Program-made: the position numbers and the translations under genes
Shown: positions 1 to 9,714 of the stretch, one piece after another
Numbering within the stretch: the stretch's first letter is position 1
Layout: each line of letters begins with the position of its first letter
The notes under the pieces: model-generated
What the model was told of the DNA's origin: nothing
The model's input: only the letters and a program-made list of their open reading frames with translations
Databases searched by the model: none
Origin: Chitinophaga pinensis
GTDB taxonomy: Bacteria; Bacteroidota; Bacteroidia; UKL13-3
Length of the DNA: 64,000 nucleotides
Direction: 5' to 3'
Assembly: GCA_945860865.1 (NCBI GenBank)
Contig: CAMARW010000003.1
Coordinates: 59,177-123,176, forward strand

Positions 1-544
1 ATACAACAGGAAACTCTTTTATTTTGCCAGTTTGAATGAGTGTTAAAGCTTCAAACATCTCATCCATGGTTCCCCAGCCGCCGGGCATAATTACAAACCC
101 ATAAGAATATTTTACTAATAAGATCTTCCTAACAAAAAAGTAATGAAAATCTACTGATTTATGGAGATAGCTGTTTTCTTTTTGTTCATGTGGAAGCGCA
201 ATATTGCAGCCAACACTTAATCCGTTATTTTCAAAAGCACCTCTATTTGCTGCTTCCATAATGCCTGGTCCGCCACCTGTCATTACGGCAAATCCTAAAT
301 CGCTTAGCCTTGCCCCAATTTCCCTGGCTTGATGATAATATTCATGGTCTTCTTTAAATCTAGCACTTCCAAAAACAGTGATACAAGGCCCCAAGAAATG
401 TAGTTTTCTGAATCCTCTTATGAATTCTATGAGCACTTTAAAAGTAAATAAAAACTCTTTTCTTCTAGATCGGGGTCCCTCTAAAAAGCTACGTTCACTT
501 TGGGTGTATCTGGTTCGGTAATCATTTAATTCTTCTTTTGTCAT
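1..544 (-). CDS. LOG-family (TIGR00730) Rossmann-fold nucleotide-binding protein; truncated by the window edge at its 3' end
   Basis: Reverse translation from ATG (544-542) reads MTKEELNDYRTRYTQSERSFLEGPRSRRKEFLFTFKVLIEFIRGFRKLHFLGPCITVFGSARF...GARLSDLGFAVMTGGGPGIMEAANRGA...PGGWGTMDE. It carries the PGGxGTxxE and GGGxGxMxA motifs typical of the LOG/lysine-decarboxylase-like family. The ORF runs off the window start, which is why it is absent from the track. Confidence 0.8.
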   Translation of the reverse strand, partial: MTKEELNDYRTRYTQSERSFLEGPRSRRKEFLFTFKVLIEFIRGFRKLHFLGPCITVFGSARFKEDHEYYHQAREIGARLSDLGFAVMTGGGPGIMEAANRGAFENNGLSVGCNIALPHEQKENSYLHKSVDFHYFFVRKILLVKYSYGFVIMPGGWGTMDEMFEALTLIQTGKIKEFPVV

Positions 545-550
545 AATTTT

Positions 551-1915
551 TTATAATAATTGATTAGCAAGGTTTGCTAAAGCAGAACGTTCGCCTTTTT
601 CTAATGTTATGTGCGCATACAATGGATTATCTTTAAGCCTGTCTATCAGATAGGATAATCCATTAGATTGTGAGTCTAAATAAGGTGTATCAATTTGAAA
701 AACATCTCCAGTAAATACAATTTTACTTCCTTCGCCTGCGCGTGTAATAATTGTTTTTACTTCTAATGGAGTAAGGTTTTGGGCTTCATCTACAATAAAA
801 ATAATATTTGATAAACTTCTTCCTCTTATGTATGCTAGTGGTGAAACAATAAGTTTTTCTTGGTTCACCAATTCTGTAATTTTTTGATATTCTTTATCCG
901 TTTCTTTCCACTGATTTTGTATCAATTTGAGGTTATCCCAAAGCGGCTCCATGTATGGATTAATTTTAGACTTAGCATCGCCAGGCAGAAAGCCAATATC
1001 TCTGTTACCTAATGGTACGATGGGTCGAGCCAAATAAATTTGCCGGTAATTACCCTTTTGCTCTAAAGCAGCTGCAAGGGCTAAAAGTGTTTTTCCTGTT
1101 CCTGCAACTCCTTGTATACTTACCAATTTTATTTCTGGATTTAGCACTGCATCCAAAGCAAATGCCTGTTCTGCATTTCTGGGTTTTATGCCATAAGCCG
1201 ATTGTTTATTTACTTTTTCTATACAATCAGTTTCAGCGTTATAACGAGCAAGCACAGAATTTTGCGCATTTTTTAAAATATAATAATGATTTGCTAGGAG
1301 CTTCTCTTTACTTATCAAATCGGCAGCGGCAAATCCACGCACATAAATTTCGTCTATTACAGACGGTTTAACCCTAGAAATGGTAGCAGATCCTGTGTGC
1401 AAGGCATCTAGGTTTTTAATCTTGCCTGTCTCGTAATCTTCTGCTTGTAGTCCCAAAGATTTAGCTTTAAGCCTTAGGTTTACGTCTTTGGAAACTAAAA
1501 TTACAGGACGATTTGCATGTTCCTCCTGCATGGCAAGTGCCGCATTTAATATGCGGTGGTCGGCTTTATTGTCTCTAAAAATTAACTGGGCATCTACTTG
1601 GGCTTCTTCGTGCATAATTACCTTAAACTGCCCTCGGTTTGCACCATTAATCGGAATCCATTGGGTTAGTGTAAATTCGCCAGAAAGTTTGTCAATATAT
1701 CTGATAAATGCCCTAGCTTCAAAATTTAGGGAATCATTTCCTTTCTTGAAATTATCTAATTCTTCTAATACCGTAATGGGGATTGCCACATCATGTTCTG
1801 CAAAGTTTTTAACAGACATGCTATCATATAAAATAACAGAGGTATCTAGAACAAATATTTTCCTAATTTTAGCCTGTTTGCTATTTTTCTTAGGGGCAAC
1901 TTTCTTCTTATTCAT
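551..1915 (-). CDS. PhoH-like ATPase with N-terminal PIN domain (PhoH2-type)
   Basis: 454 aa. The N-terminus is PIN-like (IFVLDTSVILYD...DVAIPITVLEELD). The C-terminal PhoH ATPase has Walker A GVAGTGKT and Walker B IFIVDEAQN. Confidence 0.85.
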   Translation of the reverse strand: MNKKKVAPKKNSKQAKIRKIFVLDTSVILYDSMSVKNFAEHDVAIPITVLEELDNFKKGNDSLNFEARAFIRYIDKLSGEFTLTQWIPINGANRGQFKVIMHEEAQVDAQLIFRDNKADHRILNAALAMQEEHANRPVILVSKDVNLRLKAKSLGLQAEDYETGKIKNLDALHTGSATISRVKPSVIDEIYVRGFAAADLISKEKLLANHYYILKNAQNSVLARYNAETDCIEKVNKQSAYGIKPRNAEQAFALDAVLNPEIKLVSIQGVAGTGKTLLALAAALEQKGNYRQIYLARPIVPLGNRDIGFLPGDAKSKINPYMEPLWDNLKLIQNQWKETDKEYQKITELVNQEKLIVSPLAYIRGRSLSNIIFIVDEAQNLTPLEVKTIITRAGEGSKIVFTGDVFQIDTPYLDSQSNGLSYLIDRLKDNPLYAHITLEKGERSALANLANQLL

Positions 1916-2008
1916 GCTTTTAAAATGGTTTATTTAACTTGCTTTGACAAGGTTCATAAACCATTTTAAAAACTAAAATTTATTTATTCACAAATGATTA
2001 TTGCCGTT

Positions 2009-2965
2009 TTATTGAACGGCTACATCCCCTTTGGCAGCTAAATATCTTTCTGCATCCAATGCGGCCATACAGCCACTACCAGCAGCAGTAACTGCCTGAC
2101 GGTAAACCTTATCTTGTGCATCGCCACAAGCAAACACGCCTTCAATATTTGTTTTACTTGTACCTGGTATAGTTAATAAATACCCGGTTTCATCCATTGT
2201 TAAATAATCCTTAAATATACCTGTATTAGGTTGGTGACCGATAGCTACAAAGAATCCGCTTATTTCAATGTTACGCATTTCGCCTGTTTTACGGTTTTTA
2301 ATTCGCGCACCCTCCACTTTGGTTTCACCCAAAATTTCATCCGTTTCAGAGTTAAACAATACCTCAATATTTGGAGTGGCTAAAACCCTATTTTGCATGG
2401 CTTTTGAAGCCCTAAACTCATCTCTTCTTACAATCATGTATACCTTAGTACAGATTTTAGCTAAGTAACTAGCTTCTTCGCAGGCAGTATCTCCGGCACC
2501 AACAATGGCAACATCTTTACCCTTGAAGAAAAATCCATCGCACACTGCACAAGCACTCACGCCTCTACCATTTAACTTTTCTTCTGAAGGAATTCCTAAC
2601 CATTTGGCACTTGCACCTGTTGCTATAATTACTGTTTCAGCATGTATTTCATGGTTTTCATCCGCAATTAGTTTAAAGGGTGGTTTGCCAGAAAAATCAA
2701 CACTCGTAATCATTCCGTAACGAATATCTGTGCCAAATCTTTCTGCTTGTTTTCTAAATAATTCCATCATTTCTGGACCCATAATTCCTTCTGGATAGCC
2801 AGGGTAATTCTCTACATCAGTAGTTATGGTTAATTGTCCGCCTGGCTGCATACCTGCATACATAACAGGTTTCATGTCGGCACGCGCTGCGTAAATAGCT
2901 GCTGTGTAACCAGCAGGACCTGATCCTACAATTAGGCATTCAATGTGTTCAATATTATTACTCAT
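2009..2965 (-). CDS. trxB: thioredoxin-disulfide reductase
   Basis: 318 aa. FAD motif GSGPAGYTAA, redox-active CAVCDG disulfide motif, NADPH motif GAGDTA. Confidence 0.92.
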   Translation of the reverse strand: MSNNIEHIECLIVGSGPAGYTAAIYAARADMKPVMYAGMQPGGQLTITTDVENYPGYPEGIMGPEMMELFRKQAERFGTDIRYGMITSVDFSGKPPFKLIADENHEIHAETVIIATGASAKWLGIPSEEKLNGRGVSACAVCDGFFFKGKDVAIVGAGDTACEEASYLAKICTKVYMIVRRDEFRASKAMQNRVLATPNIEVLFNSETDEILGETKVEGARIKNRKTGEMRNIEISGFFVAIGHQPNTGIFKDYLTMDETGYLLTIPGTSKTNIEGVFACGDAQDKVYRQAVTAAGSGCMAALDAERYLAAKGDVAVQ

Positions 2966-3087
2966 ATTTTTCTATTTTTATATCAATCAAATTACGTTTC
3001 AAATCTTAAATTATTTTGCCACAAAAGTTACACAAACAACAAAATAAATTGGTTCGAACCAAAATTTATAGTTATTGATAGATTAAA

Positions 3088-4431
3088 CTATTTATTTTTT
3101 CTGGCTCTATTTCTTTCAACAGCTCTGTTTCTAGGTTTAGTTTTATTGGGATTTCTGGTTCTTGGTCCGCCTAAATTAACCTTTTTATTTTTTTCTTTCT
3201 TTTCATGAAACCCATTGGGTAGGACTTTTGTTTGAACCTTTTCCAAATAATTCTTTTGAATTATTTTAGGAAGTTCCTCCTCTAAAAACTGTTTAGAAAC
3301 AGCCACTTCTTTCGGGAATGCTTCACGTTTTATGGAAAGCGCCATCATATCTTCAATACGGTCTAGGAATTCTTTTTCTGGCACGTTAAAAAAGGTAATG
3401 GCTTTTCCACTTTTGCCAGCTCGCCCTGTTCTTCCAATTCTATGGATATAATCACCTGCTTCCATAGGTGTATCAAAGTTTATCACATGCGAAACATCTA
3501 AAATATCTAAACCCCTGGCAGCAATATCTGTGGCAATTAATAACCTATTTACACCTGCCTGAAATTGATCTAAAGCAGCAAAACGAACAGGCTGCGTTTT
3601 TTTTGAGTGAATGATATTTAATTCATCGCCAAAGTATTTTTTAATATCACCATATAACCTGTCGGCTAATTTAATATTTGCCACAAAAACCAAGACTTTG
3701 GTAAAAGTTTTTTTGTTGCTTAATAAGTGGGTTAGTAAATTTACTTTGGTGTAATAATTGGGAACTGAATAGGCTGTTTGTTTTATTTTTTTAAGAGGTG
3801 TTCCATGGGGCACCACTTCAATCTTAGTTGGATTTTTGGTAAATGTTTGTATCAATACATTTACCTCTTTATTCATTGTTGCCGAAAAGAAAATATTTTG
3901 TCTTTTGCTTGGCAATAAATCTAATACGGTTGTTAGTTGCGCCCTAAATCCAGTTTCCAACATTTCATCAACCTCATCAATTATAAAATGCTGTACTTGT
4001 TTTAACTTAAGCACACCCAACATAGCCAAATCTACTAATCTACCTGGTGTAGAAACTAAAATATCTAATCCTTCAAGTACTAATTTCTTTTGCGGATTAA
4101 TATTGCTACCACCATATATTCCTCCAAAACGAATCGCAGAATACTTGCAAAGTTTTTCAACCTCGGCAAGCACTTGTACCACTAGTTCGCGGGTTGGCAC
4201 AATTACTAAAACTCTCGGAGATTTTTGTTCAGAGTATTTTAGCATGCGTAAAACTGGCAACAAGTAAGCGATTGTTTTTCCTGTTCCGGTTTGAGCCAAT
4301 CCAATGAGGTCGTTACCTGACATGATAACAGAATAGGTAGCTGCTTGAATAGGAGTAGGGTGAATAAACTCTAAATCTTGCAATGCATTTAGATAGGGTT
4401 TGGTAAGATTTAGGTCTTCGAAGTTTAGCAT
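3088..4431 (-). CDS. DEAD-box ATP-dependent RNA helicase with basic C-terminal tail
   Basis: 447 aa. Q-motif region, Walker A AQTGTGKT, a DEVD (DEAD-box variant) motif, SAT, HRIGRTGRAG, and an Arg/Lys-rich C-terminal tail. Confidence 0.9.
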   Translation of the reverse strand: MLNFEDLNLTKPYLNALQDLEFIHPTPIQAATYSVIMSGNDLIGLAQTGTGKTIAYLLPVLRMLKYSEQKSPRVLVIVPTRELVVQVLAEVEKLCKYSAIRFGGIYGGSNINPQKKLVLEGLDILVSTPGRLVDLAMLGVLKLKQVQHFIIDEVDEMLETGFRAQLTTVLDLLPSKRQNIFFSATMNKEVNVLIQTFTKNPTKIEVVPHGTPLKKIKQTAYSVPNYYTKVNLLTHLLSNKKTFTKVLVFVANIKLADRLYGDIKKYFGDELNIIHSKKTQPVRFAALDQFQAGVNRLLIATDIAARGLDILDVSHVINFDTPMEAGDYIHRIGRTGRAGKSGKAITFFNVPEKEFLDRIEDMMALSIKREAFPKEVAVSKQFLEEELPKIIQKNYLEKVQTKVLPNGFHEKKEKNKKVNLGGPRTRNPNKTKPRNRAVERNRARKNK

Positions 4432-4506
4432 TTTTTGTCGTTATTCGTTAGTTCTTGGTAGTTAGTATTTTGTCCTTAGTCTTTTGTATTTTGAATTTTT
4501 TCCTTC

Positions 4507-5526
4507 TTAGATTCCCAGCCATTTTTTAGCAGTTTCTCTGAGCAGTTTGGCTTTGGTTGGTTCATCCAAATCTTTCATGAGTGCTATAAACTTTCCATGT
4601 TCTAAATCACCCAAAGGGAAAGGGAAATCTGAACCCATTGCAATTTTGTCTGGCCCAAACATCTTTAAAATAAACTTAAAGGTTTCTTCATCGTGCACCA
4701 ATGAATCGATATAAAATTTGTCTGTGTAACTGCTGGGGTCTGATATTTTGTGCACATTGCATAAATCTGGCCGTGCATGATAGGCGTGTTCAATTCTTCC
4801 TAAAGTTTGCGGGAAACATCCACCTCCATGGGCAAATAGCACTCTTAATTTCGGGTATTTATCAAAAATCCCACCAAACATCATGCTGCAAATAGCTAGA
4901 GATGTTTCGGCTGGCATTCCTACTAGCCAGGGGAGAAAGTAATTTGGCATTTTTTCTTGCGCCATCATATCCCATGGGTGCACAAACAAACACATGCCTA
5001 ATTTTTCTGCTGTTTCATAAAAAGGATAATAGTAGGGGTCGTCTAAGTTTCTATGTTCAATGTGGGTGCCAATTTCAACTCCAGGCAGGTTAAGTTCATA
5101 TTTGCAGCGAGTTAACTCCTCGCAGGCAAGGGTTATATCTTGCATAGGAAGAGTGGCTAAACCCACAAATCGTTTGGGGTAATTTTCTTGAATTTTGGCT
5201 ATGTAATCATTAAAATACCTTGCCCATTCTAGGGTATGTTTAGGTTCAGCCCAATAATAAAAAAGCACAGGAACAATAGATAGTGCCATTAACTCAACAT
5301 CATTTTTATCCATATGGGCTATGATAGCCTCTGGATTCCAGCAAAGTTCATCAATAACCCTGAAAAACGTTCCATCTGCTTTCATCATATTTGCCTTTCC
5401 AGGTTGAAAATGGTCGAGGTAAATAAATTCATCACCATAACCATACTTTTCCTTTAGGTTGGGCATGTTTTGTGGCAGAATGTGCGCATGAACGTCTATT
5501 TTATTATAATTAATTCCCATCTCCAT
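4507..5526 (-). CDS. amidohydrolase-2 family protein (ACMSD-like metal-dependent decarboxylase/hydrolase)
   Basis: 339 aa. N-terminal IDVHAHI metal-binding HxH motif and overall length are typical of the amidohydrolase_2/ACMSD family. Substrate is unknown. Confidence 0.7.
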   Translation of the reverse strand: MEMGINYNKIDVHAHILPQNMPNLKEKYGYGDEFIYLDHFQPGKANMMKADGTFFRVIDELCWNPEAIIAHMDKNDVELMALSIVPVLFYYWAEPKHTLEWARYFNDYIAKIQENYPKRFVGLATLPMQDITLACEELTRCKYELNLPGVEIGTHIEHRNLDDPYYYPFYETAEKLGMCLFVHPWDMMAQEKMPNYFLPWLVGMPAETSLAICSMMFGGIFDKYPKLRVLFAHGGGCFPQTLGRIEHAYHARPDLCNVHKISDPSSYTDKFYIDSLVHDEETFKFILKMFGPDKIAMGSDFPFPLGDLEHGKFIALMKDLDEPTKAKLLRETAKKWLGI

Positions 5527-6301
5527 CTAAAATATTGCCTAAGCCTCCTAATAATCCGCCCTCTTCTCTTCTTCCCATGCCGCTGTATGCTACAATTCTG
5601 CTTGCTAATCTTGAGATTGGTAGCGATTGAATCCAAACTTTTCCGGGGCCTTGCAAGGTAGCAAAGAAAACGCCTTCGCCACCAAATAATGTATTTTTTA
5701 TTCCACCTACAAATTGAATATCATAATCGATATCTTTGGTAAAGGCCACAATACAGCCTGTATCTACTTTTAATATTTCACCTGCCATCAATTCTCTCTC
5801 TTCTACATGTCCGCCTGCATGCACAAATGCCATTCCATCGCCTTCCAATTTTTGCATAATAAAACCTTCGCCACCAAATAGACCTGCGCCAAGCTTTTTC
5901 TGGAATTCTAAACCAACACTTACCCCTTTGGCTGCGCACAAGAAAGAATCTTTCTGACAAACAATTTTGCCTCCTCTTTTGCTTAAATCTAAGGGTATAA
6001 TTTTACCTGGGTAGGGGGCGGCAAAAGTGACTGTTTTTTTTCCTGAGCCTAAATTGGTATAGGCCGTCATAAATAAACTTTCGCCAGTTAAGAGCCGTTT
6101 TCCGGCCGACATTAACTTTCCAAAAATGCCACTTTGTTGTTGAGAGCCATCACCAAAAATAGTATTCATTTGAATGCCATCATTCATCATCATAAAGCTT
6201 CCGGGTTCTGCCATTACAGTTTCTTGTGGGTCTAATTCTATCTCTACACATTGCATTTCGCTTCCTAAAATGCGGTAATCTATTTCGTGATTGTTGATCA
6301 T
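5510..6301 (-). CDS. TIGR00266/AIM24-family protein (DUF124)
   Basis: 263 aa. Glycine-rich beta-rich sequence ([31 protein letters not shown]) characteristic of the AIM24/TIGR00266 family. The stop overlaps the amidohydrolase start by 17 nt, so they are probably co-transcribed. Confidence 0.65.
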   Translation of the reverse strand: MINNHEIDYRILGSEMQCVEIELDPQETVMAEPGSFMMMNDGIQMNTIFGDGSQQQSGIFGKLMSAGKRLLTGESLFMTAYTNLGSGKKTVTFAAPYPGKIIPLDLSKRGGKIVCQKDSFLCAAKGVSVGLEFQKKLGAGLFGGEGFIMQKLEGDGMAFVHAGGHVEERELMAGEILKVDTGCIVAFTKDIDYDIQFVGGIKNTLFGGEGVFFATLQGPGKVWIQSLPISRLASRIVAYSGMGRREEGGLLGGLGNILDGDGN

Positions 6302-6522
6302 AAATGTTAAAATTAAAACTTCGAAATTATTGAAATTTGTTTAAGTGGCAGTTTTTTTATTTAAAACTTTTATTTTTTATAATATATATAAATCAATATT
6401 ATAATTTCAATAAATTAATTTTATATACTGAATTTAATCATTTTATAATATAAATTGCAAATGTTTAATTTTTATTTTAATATTTACTTAGGATACAATT
6501 ACTTCCAAAGGTTTTTAAATAT

Positions 6523-7170
6523 ATGAGAAGAGCACTTTTAGTTGGAATTTCAGGTAGAATTGGCAAGGAGCTAATGGAGGCTTTGTTGAACGACATTAGA
6601 TATAAACGAATTACTGTGTTAACTCGACATGAAGGTAGAAGATTAAAAAATATTCACCTGCAAGTTGTGAAAACAGATTTTTCTAATTTGGATGCACATA
6701 TTTCTGATTTTGAAGGCATAGATGATGTATATTGTTTGTTGGATTCAGAATTTATTAATACAAATAATGTTTCAGATGCAGAATTATTTGATTTTGAATA
6801 CCCGTTAAATATAGCTCAAGTGGCAGAAAAAGCAGGTGTTAAAAATTTTGTTTTGCTTAATCATAGTGAAGCAAGTTTGAAAAATAACTTGCAAAAATGG
6901 AATAAGAGAGTTAAATTGGAAGGTATTATTCGTGAAATGAATTTTGAAAACATTTACACTTTTAAAGTTAATGGAATTTCTAAACCAGTAAACGCAAAAG
7001 GGGCCTTATATAATTTATCTAATAAAATGGGTATGTTACTAAATACATTGAGTTTGGGTTATGTTAATAAAATCAAGCTAACTCCCGCAAACGTTTTAGC
7101 AAAAAATATGATAGCCACAGTATCTAATAACACAAAAGATAAAAAAGAATTTGGACCCAAGGATTATTAA
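6523..7170 (+). CDS. NAD(P)H-binding Rossmann-fold protein (short atypical SDR / HTATIP2-like); paralog of the next gene
   Basis: 215 aa. N-terminal RALLVGISGRIGKEL (GxxGxxG). Homologous to the downstream ORF: RALVIGATGLIGRSL, a shared DFEYPL motif, NVLAKNM versus NVVAKAM. Confidence 0.6.
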   Translation: MRRALLVGISGRIGKELMEALLNDIRYKRITVLTRHEGRRLKNIHLQVVKTDFSNLDAHISDFEGIDDVYCLLDSEFINTNNVSDAELFDFEYPLNIAQVAEKAGVKNFVLLNHSEASLKNNLQKWNKRVKLEGIIREMNFENIYTFKVNGISKPVNAKGALYNLSNKMGMLLNTLSLGYVNKIKLTPANVLAKNMIATVSNNTKDKKEFGPKDY

Positions 7171-7177
7171 AAAAAAC

Positions 7178-7843
7178 ATGGAAAAAAGAAGAGCACTGGT
7201 AATAGGCGCAACCGGTTTAATTGGAAGGAGTTTGGTATTTGAACTTTTAAAATCGGAGGCTTACGAAGAAGTGGTTGTTCTTTCTCGCAAAGATTTGGTT
7301 ATTAAACATGCAAAATTATCTCAGTTTATATTGGATTTTGATAGTTTAGCTGATTATGCACCACAAATGAAAGTTAATGATGTTTTTTGTTGCATGGGTT
7401 CAACCAAGGCAAGAACACCTGATGAAAAAGTATATCGAATGATAGATTTTGAATATCCATTACAAGTGGCAAGAATGGCTAAAGAGCAGGGTGCACAGCA
7501 GTTTCTATTGGTTAGTTCTATGGGAGCAAATACGCAATCAACTGTTTTTTATACCCGATTAAAAGGAGAGATTGAAGCAGCTATTGCAAGTTTAAATTAT
7601 CCTACTTACAGAATATTCAGACCTTCTTTATTATTAGGCAATCGCATTGAAAGCAGGCCATTAGAAACCATCTTTCAATATTTAATGCGTGCTTTAAATG
7701 TTTTATTTATTGGGCCAGCCAAAAAATACAAAGCAATACCCGGAAATGTGGTGGCTAAAGCCATGCTTAAAGCAGCTATTAATTCAGAAACTGGAAACTA
7801 TACTTATTTAAATGATAAGATTTTTGATTTGGTTAAAGTTTAA
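7178..7843 (+). CDS. NAD(P)H-binding oxidoreductase (HTATIP2/YbjT-like)
   Basis: The track ORF begins at 7151, but the internal Met at 7178 (MEKRRALVIGATGLIGRSL) avoids overlap with the upstream stop and places the GxxGxxG motif at the N-terminus. About 221 aa. Confidence 0.7.
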   Translation: MEKRRALVIGATGLIGRSLVFELLKSEAYEEVVVLSRKDLVIKHAKLSQFILDFDSLADYAPQMKVNDVFCCMGSTKARTPDEKVYRMIDFEYPLQVARMAKEQGAQQFLLVSSMGANTQSTVFYTRLKGEIEAAIASLNYPTYRIFRPSLLLGNRIESRPLETIFQYLMRALNVLFIGPAKKYKAIPGNVVAKAMLKAAINSETGNYTYLNDKIFDLVKV

Positions 7844-8686
7844 TTACTCGCAAAAATAAAAGTAAATAACGAGTCCTAAAACCACTAAGCTATTACCAAT
7901 CCATTCCCATTTATTTAGTCTTTCTTTAAATATAAAATACCCAGCAATAAGCGAGTAGGGGAAGAATGATAGTTGCATAAATCCCAATGTGTTTAATGAA
8001 AACATTTGGTAGCTAATATTGATCATTAATGACCCTAAAATGGTAAAAATAGCCACGCCTAAAATGTATTTATTTTTAAGTGGTGGTTTGCTTAAATTAA
8101 AATCGCTATCGTTTAAAATAATAAACAAGGCAGATAATATTAATATGCTAAATTCGGTAACAAATGTTCCCCATTCTGCGCTGGTATTGGCCAAAGGAAT
8201 GCTTAACAAGGCGTATCCAAATCCCCAACAAACTGCGGAAATTACAGCATCTAATAATCCCTTTTTTGCACTCGTTTTTTTCCATTGAATGAGAATACCT
8301 AAAGTAGACAAGCCGCTAGCAATAAAAAACCAGTGATTTAATTTATCATTATTGAGCCAAACACCCAAGCCATAATGAATAAATGCACCCATAATACCAA
8401 TTACGGCCACGTTTACAAAGTGTAAATTTTGCAGTGCTTTTACATAATAAAATAACCCAATGGCGCATAAAATACTGCACACAATTAGCCAAGCCATATC
8501 TTTTGTTTCGGGGGGATTGGCAAAGTTTCCAGAAATTAATAACCAGAGTCCCGCAAAGGTTACGGTATAGATAGACCTGAGGTAAATGAGCCGGGCTGGA
8601 CTAATTTGCAAGCTACTCAGTTTGATACATACATCTGCTAAAAAGAAGGAGGTATTAACAAGTAGTGAAAAACCGATGGCATTCAT
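7844..8686 (-). CDS. DMT/EamA-family membrane transporter
   Basis: 280 aa with about 10 hydrophobic helices and a duplicated EamA-like architecture. Confidence 0.65.
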   Translation of the reverse strand: MNAIGFSLLVNTSFFLADVCIKLSSLQISPARLIYLRSIYTVTFAGLWLLISGNFANPPETKDMAWLIVCSILCAIGLFYYVKALQNLHFVNVAVIGIMGAFIHYGLGVWLNNDKLNHWFFIASGLSTLGILIQWKKTSAKKGLLDAVISAVCWGFGYALLSIPLANTSAEWGTFVTEFSILILSALFIILNDSDFNLSKPPLKNKYILGVAIFTILGSLMINISYQMFSLNTLGFMQLSFFPYSLIAGYFIFKERLNKWEWIGNSLVVLGLVIYFYFCE

Positions 8687-9639
8687 TAAGCTGTTTGCAG
8701 TTCTTTTAATGCATTGTGCATATTTTCTTCTACTCTTTTTTGGGCTTGAGAGTAATCTTGAGGTACAAATTTTTGCGCAGTAATTTTCTCAAAAAGTTCT
8801 ATGTATCGCTGGGAAACTAGGTTTATAAACTCATCTGAAAATACAGGTGCTATTTGTCCTTCCAAACCTTGGAAGCCATTTTCTATGAGCCACTGCCTCA
8901 CAAATTCCTTAGATAATTGCCTTTGCTGTTGGTTACCCTCCTGAATTTGCTCATAAGTATCGGCGTAAAAATATCTACTAGAATCGGGCGTATGAATTTC
9001 GTCCATCAACATCACATCATTGCCAAATTTGCCAAATTCATACTTGGTATCTACTAAAATTAAGCCTTGTTTTCTTGCATAAGTTGAACCAAAAGCAAAT
9101 AACTTTCTGGTATAATCTTCTAAAATTAAATAATCAGATTCGTTTACTAATCCGCTGGCAATTATATCTTCTCTCGAAATATCCTCATCATGACCTTCAC
9201 TAGCTTTTATAGTTGGTGTTAAAATAGGTTCAGGAAAAGGGTCGTTTTCTCTCATGCCATCAGGCATGCTTACCCCGCAAATCACTCTTTTACCAATTTT
9301 ATATTCACGCCAAGCATGTCCGGCTAAATAACCCCTTATAACCATTTCAACTTTAAATGGTTCGCAGCAATGGCCTATGCTAACATTTGGGTCTGGACAA
9401 TTAATTAACCAATTGGGAACTATGTTCTTGGTTAGCGTTAAAAAATGAGCTGCAATTTGATTAAGCACCTGCCCTTTAAATGGAATAGGTTTGGGTAATA
9501 CAATATCAAAAGCAGAAATTCTATCGCAAGCCACCATGGCTAAATACTTATTATCAATATTGTAAACGTCGCGTACTTTTCCTTTGTAAAAACTTACCTG
9601 ATTATCAAAGTTAAAATGAGTTGAAACTAGTGCTTCCAT
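8686..9639 (-). CDS. purC: phosphoribosylaminoimidazole-succinocarboxamide synthase (long Bacteroidota-type SAICAR synthetase)
   Basis: 317 aa. N-terminal YKGKVRDVY...DRISAFD SAICAR-synthetase signature. Confidence 0.9.
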   Translation of the reverse strand: MEALVSTHFNFDNQVSFYKGKVRDVYNIDNKYLAMVACDRISAFDIVLPKPIPFKGQVLNQIAAHFLTLTKNIVPNWLINCPDPNVSIGHCCEPFKVEMVIRGYLAGHAWREYKIGKRVICGVSMPDGMRENDPFPEPILTPTIKASEGHDEDISREDIIASGLVNESDYLILEDYTRKLFAFGSTYARKQGLILVDTKYEFGKFGNDVMLMDEIHTPDSSRYFYADTYEQIQEGNQQQRQLSKEFVRQWLIENGFQGLEGQIAPVFSDEFINLVSQRYIELFEKITAQKFVPQDYSQAQKRVEENMHNALKELQTA

Positions 9640-9714
9640 GTATCTTATTTAAGGTTGCAATATGCATCAATAATATATTTTTACAAAGGGTACTTTATGC
9701 ACTAAAGTTAAAAT

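Noticed and set aside
1012-1937. Plus-strand ORFs of 119 and 149 aa inside the PhoH2 gene, and the many similar antisense ORFs of 60-180 aa listed in the track (for example 3836-4267, 5736-5960, 8019-8288, 10092-11003, 16894-17310, 18125-18466, 43646-44023, 59875-60408)
   Set aside because: All lie antisense within genes that have strong motif support. Their translations are low-complexity and hydrophobic, typical of shadow ORFs in AT-rich DNA.
3040-3056. TTGGTTCGAACCAA: a tRNA T-loop-like GGTTCGAA string in the trxB/helicase spacer
   Set aside because: It is a perfect 14-bp palindrome with no surrounding acceptor, D or anticodon arms, so it is not a tRNA. It is more likely a small terminator or operator-like dyad between two minus-strand genes.
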